IMG/VR virus record: IMGVR_UViG_3300020000_000010
Span: 1-64,000 of that record
Origin: a virus
DNA length: 64,000 nt
Direction: 5' to 3' (one strand)
The translations under genes were made by a program, and so were the position numbers. Positions 10,723 to 19,300 of the stretch are shown in pieces. The notes under the pieces are model-generated. The model worked only from the letters and a program-made list of their open reading frames with translations. It was not told where the DNA came from and searched no databases. Numbering within the stretch: position 1 is the stretch's first letter; every line of letters starts with the position of its first letter.

Positions 10723-11397
10723 ATGATTATCACTCAACCTCAACCTTATTTTATATCTGATACTTTAGCAGAAATTACTCCTGCTAATTATCCAAATCAT
10801 TCTCTATTTTATGTTACAGATGTAGATAAATTCTTTAAAGTAGATGGTTATGTTTTAAAAGCATTAGGAGGATTGGGTTTTATAAATACAATTACTCCAA
10901 ATTCCACATATAGAACAATTTTAGACAGTTCTGGAAGTATAACAGCAGCAAAAGTAGCAGGAACTTATGCTCTTGCTCAAGGAGATCCTTTAGCAGTTAG
11001 TGGTACTGGAACTTTATATCCAATAAATACAATATATATAGCAGCCGCAGATTTTCCAACATTAAATACTATTGCTCCTAAATTGAGAATAAGAGCACAA
11101 TTATATACAAATGATGTTTCTCCAACAGGTAATTTTACTATAGGATTATATCCAATAACAAGACCTGGAACTTCTGGAGGAGCAGGATTGTGTATATTTA
11201 CATTGGGAACAGTAGTTCCTGGAAGTAATGGTGCTACTTTTACAACACCTGCTGCTGATGGTTTATTAAATGCAGTAAGTTCAGACTTTTCTTTACCTTC
11301 TGATGGTCATTATGTATTGGGAATAGTAACAACAAGCACTATAGCAGTAAGTTCACATATTCAAATAAGTGCTTGTTTACAAATGAGAAACAACTAA
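10723..11397 (+). CDS. Fibre/receptor-binding-like protein
   Basis: N-terminus related to that of 9182; beta-rich C-terminal domain. Confidence 0.45.
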   Translation: MIITQPQPYFISDTLAEITPANYPNHSLFYVTDVDKFFKVDGYVLKALGGLGFINTITPNSTYRTILDSSGSITAAKVAGTYALAQGDPLAVSGTGTLYPINTIYIAAADFPTLNTIAPKLRIRAQLYTNDVSPTGNFTIGLYPITRPGTSGGAGLCIFTLGTVVPGSNGATFTTPAADGLLNAVSSDFSLPSDGHYVLGIVTTSTIAVSSHIQISACLQMRNN

Positions 11398-11409
11398 ACT
11401 ATAATAATA

Positions 11410-11457
11410 AATATTATAGTTTTAATATTGTTATAATAAAAATTATACGTATTTTTG
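11410..11457 (+). promoter_or_regulatory. Bacteroidota-type promoter with upstream AATATTATAGT box
   Basis: AATATTATAGT 11410-11420; ATTG 11427-11430; 19-nt spacer; TATTTTTG 11450-11457. Confidence 0.55.
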
Positions 11458-11478
11458 TAAATTATTAAAACTATAAAA

Positions 11479-11640
11479 ATGAACGAAATAACCACACAAA
11501 AAGCATTAGAAATTATAGGAAGGGCTTTATCTCACGACGAACTTAAATTGTCTCAAAAGGATCATTTATTACTTATACAGTGTTTTAAAGTACTTAAAGA
11601 CTTTATTGAACCAAAAGTATCTCCAGAGATAGAAAACTAG
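11479..11640 (+). CDS. Small hypothetical protein, 53 aa (not in ORF track; possible fibre chaperone)
   Basis: ATG after an A-rich leader: MNEITTQKALEIIGRALSHDELKLSQKDHLLLIQCFKVLKDFIEPKVSPEIEN-TAG. Confidence 0.55.
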   Translation: MNEITTQKALEIIGRALSHDELKLSQKDHLLLIQCFKVLKDFIEPKVSPEIEN

Positions 11641-11657
11641 TTAAAACTAACAAAAAG

Positions 11658-11858
11658 ATGATAAATTTCCACTTTCCAGTATTAATAGATAAATCTGTAG
11701 AAGTTTTTAGTTCTCCAACATTTGTTGGTTCTTCTGTATTAGCTTTTATAACAGTAACAGATTTAGAAAATATCTTAAAAGTATTACTATTAATAATAAC
11801 AATAGGATATTCTTCTTGGAAATGGAATACTGAGAGAAATGAGAAAAAGAAAAAATAA
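11658..11858 (+). CDS. Putative holin
   Basis: 66 aa, hydrophobic segments, basic EKKKK tail, coupled to the endolysin. Confidence 0.55.
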   Translation: MINFHFPVLIDKSVEVFSSPTFVGSSVLAFITVTDLENILKVLLLIITIGYSSWKWNTERNEKKKK

Positions 11859-12322
11859 TGGAAAATATATCAGAACATATTTCTTATAAAGAAGCTACTT
11901 TTTCAGAAATAGCAGTAAGGTTAAATATTGAAAACATACCTTCTGGAGAGATTATAGAAAATATGATTTTAGTTTCTAAATTTGGATTTGAACCTCTTAG
12001 AAAAGAGTTTAATGAACCACTACATATAAATTCCTTTTATAGATGTCCAGAGTTAAATAAACAAATAGGGGGAGCCTCAACTTCTCAACACCAAGAAGGT
12101 AAAGCTATAGATATTAGCACTTTGCCAGGAAGTAAACATAATAATGTAGATCTTTTTAATTGGTTAAAAGTAAATGTAGAATTTGATCAATTAATTGGAG
12201 AAGGGGTTACCCAAGATGATGATTTTCAATGGGTTCACATAAGTTATAATAAAGGAAATAATAGAAAAGAAAAGTTAATAGCAGATTTTAGATCTGGAAA
12301 AGCAGTTTATACAAAGATATAA
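11858..12322 (+). CDS. Endolysin, peptidase M15A family (Zn peptidase)
   Basis: INSFYRCPELNKQIGGASTSQHQEGKAIDI and WVHISY motifs. Confidence 0.9.
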   Translation: MENISEHISYKEATFSEIAVRLNIENIPSGEIIENMILVSKFGFEPLRKEFNEPLHINSFYRCPELNKQIGGASTSQHQEGKAIDISTLPGSKHNNVDLFNWLKVNVEFDQLIGEGVTQDDDFQWVHISYNKGNNRKEKLIADFRSGKAVYTKI

Positions 12323-12813
12323 TGGGAGGAATAGCAACAATTTTAGGCAAAATAACAGGCAATGCTTCAGGATCTTTAATAAAAGATATTGGAGATACTG
12401 TAGATAGATTTGTAGATACCAAAGGTGAAAAAGCAGAAAGAGATATTAAAATTCAAGAATTAGTAGATAAACATTCTGAATTTATAGTTTCTCAAGCTAA
12501 TGAAATAGAAAAAGCCTATATTGCCGATACTGAAAATGCTAGGAATTCTAATGTTAAAATACAAGAAAGTATTAATGCTTCTTGGTTGGCTAAAAATGTA
12601 GGTTATCTTTTGGACTTAATCTTTACTATTTCCTTTTTAATAATGTTAGTTGTTATTATATATAAACAAGTACCTACTGATAATAAAGAATTATTTTATA
12701 CAGGATTTGGTGCTTTAGCTAGTTATGTAGGCACTATCCTCGGATTTCATAGAGGGTCTTCAAAATCTAGTGAAGACAAAAGCAAATTTATACATGAAAC
12801 TTTAAGTAAATAA
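12322..12813 (+). CDS. Holin-like membrane protein (3TM-holin type)
   Basis: Amphipathic N-terminus, coiled linker (DTENARN), two TM segments, FHRGSSKSS tail; next to the endolysin. Confidence 0.6.
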   Translation: MGGIATILGKITGNASGSLIKDIGDTVDRFVDTKGEKAERDIKIQELVDKHSEFIVSQANEIEKAYIADTENARNSNVKIQESINASWLAKNVGYLLDLIFTISFLIMLVVIIYKQVPTDNKELFYTGFGALASYVGTILGFHRGSSKSSEDKSKFIHETLSK

Positions 12814-13535
12814 TGGCCTCAACTCCAACATTACCTGAATTAGAATTTAGTGTTCTAAACTCCGTAAGATCTAGAACAACTATTTCTGAACCTATAACTT
12901 CAGAAATAATTAGGTTTTATATTAAATTAGTAAGAGCCCAATTAATAAAACAGGATTCTAATAAGGGCTATAGTGCTGATTCTTATATAATTCAGGAACT
13001 TAGTTGTGTAGATGTTATACAAGTAGATAGAGGAGAATGTTGCGAAGTTACTGGATGTACGATATATAGAACAGTACAAAAAATACCTTCTCCTATAGAA
13101 CTACATTATAAACAATTAATAACAAGAATAGGAAGTATAGATAAAACCCAAATACCTTTTGATTTTATTGATTATGCTATGGTTCCTTATATATCTTTTA
13201 GTAGATGGACTAAAAATAGACCTAAAGTATTCACAATGAATAATAATGGTTATTTTTATTTTATATTACCCGAAGGAGGAAATTTAGAAGGATTACAAAA
13301 GATAAGTATTCAAGGAGTATTTGAAGATCCTACTTTAGCTTCTACTTTTAGTAACTGTGAAGGATTATCTTGCTATGATGAACAAACAACACCATATCCT
13401 ATTAAATCATGGATGGTTCCTACTTTAATAGATATGATAATTAAGTTATTTATAAAACAACAAGCAACAGCCTTTAGTGACCAGAATAATGATGGTCAGT
13501 TTAAAATAGAAAGTCCAATAGAAACAAAAGAATAA
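12813..13535 (+). CDS. crAss-like tail ring protein
   Basis: RAQLIKQ...IQELSCV...LQKISIQGVFEDP...PYPI pattern. Confidence 0.6.
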   Translation: MASTPTLPELEFSVLNSVRSRTTISEPITSEIIRFYIKLVRAQLIKQDSNKGYSADSYIIQELSCVDVIQVDRGECCEVTGCTIYRTVQKIPSPIELHYKQLITRIGSIDKTQIPFDFIDYAMVPYISFSRWTKNRPKVFTMNNNGYFYFILPEGGNLEGLQKISIQGVFEDPTLASTFSNCEGLSCYDEQTTPYPIKSWMVPTLIDMIIKLFIKQQATAFSDQNNDGQFKIESPIETKE

Positions 13536-14086
13536 TGAATAAAACAAGATCAAAAGGTAAATTTAAATCTTCAGTAGCAACTAACGATTTCTATAAATAT
13601 TATAAAACAAATATAGAAAAAGATAGTGTTTATGATATATCTAAAAAAGAGTATACAGCTATTCTAAAGGATATAAATAAAGAGATAATGCAACTTATCA
13701 TAACTACTAACTTTGAGTTTCAGATGATCCCTAATATGGGTAATTTAAGTATTAGAAAAGCTAAAAGCAAACTAAAACTAGATAAAGAAGGAAACCTTAT
13801 TAAATCTAAGATTCCTGTAGATTATGGTAAAACTAATGCTTTATGGAGAGCTGATCCTGAAGCTAAGAAAAAGAAGAAACTAGTATACTTTTTAAACGAT
13901 CATACAGAAGGATTTAGATTTAAGTTCTTTTGGGATAAGAATAACTGTAAGGTAACAAATAAGGCTTACTATAATTTTAGAGCCTCTAGAGATAATAATA
14001 GAGCTATAAATGTAGCAATTAACACAATAGATCATTTGGACTATTTTGAATTTAGAAAAAACCTAATTATAAGAAAAGAGAAATAA
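13535..14086 (+). CDS. IHF/HU-like DNA-binding protein (conserved crAss-like family)
   Basis: Very basic; FQMIPNMGNLSIRK, VDYGKTNALW, YFLNDHTEGFRFKFFWDK, YNFRASRDNNR. Confidence 0.7.
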   Translation: MNKTRSKGKFKSSVATNDFYKYYKTNIEKDSVYDISKKEYTAILKDINKEIMQLIITTNFEFQMIPNMGNLSIRKAKSKLKLDKEGNLIKSKIPVDYGKTNALWRADPEAKKKKKLVYFLNDHTEGFRFKFFWDKNNCKVTNKAYYNFRASRDNNRAINVAINTIDHLDYFEFRKNLIIRKEK

Positions 14087-14397
14087 TGTCAGAAATTTAC
14101 GGAGGAAAATCAGGAACTAAAGAATATAAAAGAGAAGAATATTCATATTCTAAAGACGGAGTATCATATAGAGTTTCTTGTAAGGAAATAGAGAATGGAC
14201 ATATTGTTTGCATCTATAAATCTTGGGAAGAAGGAGAAGGTTCTAAAAAAGAATATAAATCAGAAAATACTGAAACTTATTATAAAGAAAATCCTTTTGG
14301 AGAAGACTTTGAAAAGGATGAAGAAAAAGATGAAATTCATACTATGAAAGGCTTAAAAGAATTTATGCAGAAACTAAATCCTTTAATTGGAAAATAA
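14086..14397 (+). CDS. Hypothetical protein (E/K-rich)
   Basis: 103-aa ORF with coupled start and stop. Confidence 0.6.
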   Translation: MSEIYGGKSGTKEYKREEYSYSKDGVSYRVSCKEIENGHIVCIYKSWEEGEGSKKEYKSENTETYYKENPFGEDFEKDEEKDEIHTMKGLKEFMQKLNPLIGK

Positions 14398-14777
14398 TGC
14401 TTATTATAGATACTATATTAAAAGAAACCAAACTTAAAGGTATTGGATTATTTGCTAATCAGAATATAAAGAAATGGCAGATAATCTGGAAAGATAATAA
14501 TCATGCTTATACTTTTTCTAAGTTTGATTATAGTAAAATGAATAGTATTCAAAAGGCTTTTGTAGATAAATATAGTATTCCTAAAGATTCTAAATATATT
14601 TTAGATCTTGATAATACAAGGTTTATGAATCATAGTGAAAACCCAAATATCTTATTTTTAGAAGATCATGGAATAGCTACAAAAAATATAAAAATTGGAG
14701 AAGAATTAACTTGTAATTATGATGAATTATCTTCAGAAAATAAGAATGAAGGATTAGGATTTGAAAATTTAGAATAA
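14397..14777 (+). CDS. Minimal SET-domain protein (putative SAM-dependent lysine methyltransferase)
   Basis: All SET motifs present: KGIGLFA..NIKK, RFMNHSENPN, IATKNIKIGEELTCNY. Confidence 0.9.
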   Translation: MLIIDTILKETKLKGIGLFANQNIKKWQIIWKDNNHAYTFSKFDYSKMNSIQKAFVDKYSIPKDSKYILDLDNTRFMNHSENPNILFLEDHGIATKNIKIGEELTCNYDELSSENKNEGLGFENLE

Positions 14778-14778
14778 T

Positions 14779-15516
14779 ATGATGAATGGTAAAATTTACG
14801 GACTAAGTTCGAGTGAAAATCCAGAAGATATTAAATATATTGGTTATACAAAACTTTCTTTAAAAGAAAGATTACGAGGGCATAGGGATGATGCTATAAG
14901 AAAAAAATATAAAAAAGCAACTTGGATAAAAAGTTTACAAAATAAAGGATTTAACGTTATTATAAGTTTAATAGAAGATAATATTCCAACACTAGAGGAA
15001 ATGCAAGAAAAAGAAATACAATATATTAAAATATTCAAATCTCTTGGTGCTAAATTAAAAAACACAACCGATGGAGGAGCTAAAGTATGTTCTTTTGAAA
15101 ATAGTGTAAGATCTGGAAAATTAAATACAAAAGCAGTGATACAATATGATTTATTTGGTAATAAAATAAAAGAATATAATAGCGTAGGCGAAGCAGCAAA
15201 AGATAATAATATTGTTGATACAGCAATAACTAAATCTGTAAAAAGAGGACAAGTAGTCTTAAAGAAATATCTATTTAGATATAAAGATGAAATTTTTAAA
15301 GATATTAAAAATTTTAGAACTAAAACTAGGAAAGTATTACCTGTAAAATTAATAAATATAGAAACACGAGAAGTTAAAAATTATGAAAATACTAAATTTT
15401 TAGTAAAGGGGTTATTTGGCGAAACTTGGAATATGAATGATTATAATTCAGCTCTTATTTGTTTGAAAAATAATAAAATATATAAAGGAAAATTTAAAAT
15501 AGAATATTATGCTTAA
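14779..15516 (+). CDS. Free-standing GIY-YIG homing endonuclease with NUMOD1-like DNA-binding domain
   Basis: KIYGL...KYIGYT, ERLRGH, EKEIQYI, LKNTTDGG; KAVIQYDLFGNKIKEYNSVGEAAK. Confidence 0.85.
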   Translation: MMNGKIYGLSSSENPEDIKYIGYTKLSLKERLRGHRDDAIRKKYKKATWIKSLQNKGFNVIISLIEDNIPTLEEMQEKEIQYIKIFKSLGAKLKNTTDGGAKVCSFENSVRSGKLNTKAVIQYDLFGNKIKEYNSVGEAAKDNNIVDTAITKSVKRGQVVLKKYLFRYKDEIFKDIKNFRTKTRKVLPVKLINIETREVKNYENTKFLVKGLFGETWNMNDYNSALICLKNNKIYKGKFKIEYYA

Positions 15517-16360
15517 CGGCAAACTTTGTAGTTCAAAGGAAATAATCCTTAAGATAATCAGAGATAATGGTTATCAAGTACAAGATTTTACCTATTCTGA
15601 TATTATAGAATGGTTAGGAGAATGTTTAGACCTTATAGGATGTGCTTATTCCTTAAGAAAGAATATAGCCTGTATTAAGATAAAAGACCATAGAGGAATA
15701 CTTCCTTGTGATTTTCATACTCCTATACAAGCATCTGCTTTTAACTGTCAGACAGGAATACAGATTCCTATGAGAACTGCCACTAGTTCTTTTCATCCTT
15801 TATTCTTTCAAAACCCTAATAATGTAGGTATAGTAGATCCTAATCAACCAATATCTTTTGATGGACAAGGAAATCCTATATTTAACTTCATGAATTTTGA
15901 TGAAGCAGTAAGTAAACAGATAGTTTCTAGTTTTGGTTCCTCAGATAAAGATGTTACTTATGAGCTTAATGATAATTATATATTTACTACTTTTAAGGAT
16001 GGAGCAAGTGTTTTATTTGCTTATTATGGATTTCCTGTAGATTCTGAAGGTTTTCCTATGATCCCCGATAATAGCAAGTTTAAAGAAGCTTGTGCTGCTT
16101 TTGTAAGATCAAAGATTGATTATAAACTATATAGAACAGGTAAATTATCTAAACCTTTATTTGATTGGGCAGAACAACAAAGAGATTGGTATATTGGAGC
16201 TGCTACTATAGCAGGAATGATGCCTAGTGTTGACACAATGGAAAGTTACAAGAACCAATTGTGTAGACTTATTCCGAGATATACGGAACACTCAAAGAAT
16301 TTTGAAACTCTTGGAGACCAGGAGGAGCTTACCTTTTCAAATATGTTTTTTAGATTTTAA
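15509..16360 (+). CDS. Tail tubular/ring protein (P22 gp4-like, crAss-like)
   Basis: IIEWLGECLDLIG, HRGILPCDF, YYGFPVDSEGFPMIPDN, WYIGAA; directly upstream of the muzzle gene. Confidence 0.7.
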   Translation: MLNGKLCSSKEIILKIIRDNGYQVQDFTYSDIIEWLGECLDLIGCAYSLRKNIACIKIKDHRGILPCDFHTPIQASAFNCQTGIQIPMRTATSSFHPLFFQNPNNVGIVDPNQPISFDGQGNPIFNFMNFDEAVSKQIVSSFGSSDKDVTYELNDNYIFTTFKDGASVLFAYYGFPVDSEGFPMIPDNSKFKEACAAFVRSKIDYKLYRTGKLSKPLFDWAEQQRDWYIGAATIAGMMPSVDTMESYKNQLCRLIPRYTEHSKNFETLGDQEELTFSNMFFRF

Positions 16361-16366
16361 TAAGTC

Positions 16367-19300
16367 ATGTCTGATACTACAAACACTTTTTATAAAGGGA
16401 TAGACAAAAACATTTCCAAGCAAAAGTACAATAATCAATCATATTTTCACGCAGATAACATCCAGATAGTTACCTCTGATAACCTGTCTACTGGTGCTGT
16501 GGTGACTACAAAGGGCACTAGGTTAGAATTTAATATACCTTCTATACTTCAAACCCAATACGAGAATGGTTCTGAAGAAGGAACAGTTACTATTCCTTTA
16601 CAACAAAATCTAGAGGTAATTGGAGGTGTAGGTTATGATAACTTTGTAATTCTATTTACTTGTAATGATTCTGGTTATGGGCAAGTATGGAAAGTAGAAT
16701 ATGATGAGTCTACAGGAAATCCTATAGGTTTAGTAGCTAATTCTTTAGTAGTTTCTACTCATCTTATATATAATAGATTCTTAAACTTTAGAAGAACTAA
16801 TAGAATTAAAGCTTTTATTAGAAAAGAAGATAGTAAATTTATAAGACTTTACTGGAATGATATGAATTTAAATCCTATGAGATCTTTAAATCTTATAGGA
16901 ACTCCTGCACAAATTATAGAAACTAGAGTTAGGACTATAGATCTTAATCCTAGAATAAACTTTCAACTACCTATATTAAAGGAATTTTTAGTTGGAGACC
17001 TTCCTAATGGAAGAATTGGATACTTCTATAGGTTAATATCTAAAGATGGTTCTATTACAACATTTTCCCCTATTTCTAACCTATTAGATCTTAATAATGG
17101 AAATGAGAATGGATTATATCAGTTTTATCCTGAAGATAATATTAAATTTAAGAATGATAAAGCAGCCAATGATGCTGAACAAAGAAGATTAGAATTTAGT
17201 TCAGACAAAGCTGTTAGATGTATTATCCCAAGTATAGATAAGGATTATGATTATATACAAGTAGGATATGTTTTATACAAGATAAAGAATGTCCCTTTGT
17301 TATATTTAATGCCTTTTGATATTATACAATCTTCAGATGATAGTTTAACTAAGAAATATGAATTTATACATTCTGGAGAAGAAGAAGGAATATTTCCTAT
17401 TACAGTAGAAGAATTTAATATATTAAACAATACTTTTGATAGTTTCTTAGATTTTACTCCTAAGCATAATGATTTATATATTGCTAATATTAAAAACTCT
17501 CAATTTGATGTAGATTATGATGCTAGAGCATATAGATTTAATAACTCTAGACAATCTTATATATATAAAGGAGATGGTTCTCAAGAATTCTTTATTGATG
17601 GAACTAATCCTATATATCCTAATACTACTACACAAGCAACTTTTGATGCTATAAATCCTTATAATGATGAGAATCCTGCTACCAATGGTAATTGGGATGT
17701 TACTGATCAATATAAATTTCAAGCAGATGGCATAACTATAGGAGGAGAAGGATTAAATGTAAAATATAGTTTTATAACAGATGAGCATAAGGTAGATACA
17801 GATATTATTAATCCTTCATTATTTAGTAGTTATTTAGATGTACAAGATGCTGCTCCCTTTAATAAAGTCCCAAAAGGTACTAGTTTACCTATAGATTTTG
17901 GAATAAGCACTCAAACTTATACTGGATTAGAAAAATCCTTTGATGATCTAAAATCTCCTTATAAATCAAGTTTATATGAAGGATATGCAAGATTTGAGGT
18001 ATATAGATTTTCTTTAGTATTTGTATCTTTACAAGGAAAAAGATCTTTTGTTAAATGGATAGGAGATATTAAAATGCCTTCCTTTATGGATACTGGGTTT
18101 AAACTAGATAGATTTGATAATGCAAGTAATACTTATTATATAAGAAGTTGTGGTATAAAATTTGAAATTAATAATATTCCTCAAAATATATTAGATAATA
18201 TATCTGGTATTGAGATACGTAGAGTATTAAGAGATGATCATAATCAATCTAAATTAGGTACAGGAATTACAGGAGGATTTGTTAAAAATCAAACAGATCC
18301 TTTAACAATAGATGATTTATTTAGTTTTGTAGATGATACTATAGCTACTCTTATTAGAAATATAATAGGAAGTAGTGGGTTCTTTTCTTGGGTTCCTGGA
18401 TCAGATACAGTATTTAATCAAATATCCAATAGTATAGCAGATGCTATTACCTCTGGTATTAAAGCTACTTTATCTACAGAAGGACTCTTTGAGAATATTT
18501 CTAAAGGAGATTTTAGCACTCTTTTTACTAATTCCATAGGTAAACTAGGAGGTGGTGGAGGATTATTTACAGGAATTGTAGGTATTTTTACTGGACATTT
18601 TGGTAGACAAATAGGAGAATGGCTACATGAAAAACTAGGAGATTTATTTAACCACAAGAAAGTAGGAGGTATAGATAATATAGTTTATTCTCTAGATAAT
18701 GCTATTATTCCTTCTGGAGGAACTCTTCCTATATCAAATGAGGGTACAATAGCTAATAAGAATTATGGATACATTATATCTCCTATAAATCAATTTAATA
18801 AATATAAATTTAGAACAGATGATTATTTAGTTCCTATAGCAAGTTATGAATATAATAATGCTACAGGAGAATATCCTAAATATGTAGGAGTATACCACAG
18901 AGATACAAATGTAGGATTATTTAATAGAACACATTCTACAGCTAAATATAAGAAATGGTATAAAGGATTATACCTTTCTTCTATACATAGGTTACCAATA
19001 GATTTGGAAAATACACTAGATATAGGAGAAATATTAGTTCCACAACAACTTTTAGGATTACCTGAGGGTACTTTTGTTAATGCTTATTTTGGAAGAATAG
19101 AAAGACTTAATGATGCTGGAACTTTTATAGGAGGTTTAGAAAAACTATCTGTAAGAACCCTAGTACAAGGAATAGGAGATAAAAAACATTTTATAAAAAC
19201 TTCTGTTAGTTTTCCTAATTTAATAGATTCCACTAATGGAATATATAAAAACTATGATCAACAGAGTTTATCAGGAGTTACTAATAAAGATGCTAATAAT

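Noticed and set aside
1922-10743. Antisense ORFs (1922, 3109, 3796, 6161, 6291, 7917, 10411)
   Set aside because: Shadows of T/A/G/V-rich fibre and structural genes; no motifs, and opposite to the operon direction.
6193-11397. Diversity-generating retroelement or invertible fibre cassette
   Set aside because: No reverse transcriptase, recombinase or adenine-only-mismatch repeat pair seen; the repeats differ mostly at synonymous sites.
14779-15516. GIY-YIG as intron-encoded
   Set aside because: No flanking non-coding space or group I core motifs; the neighbouring genes are complete.
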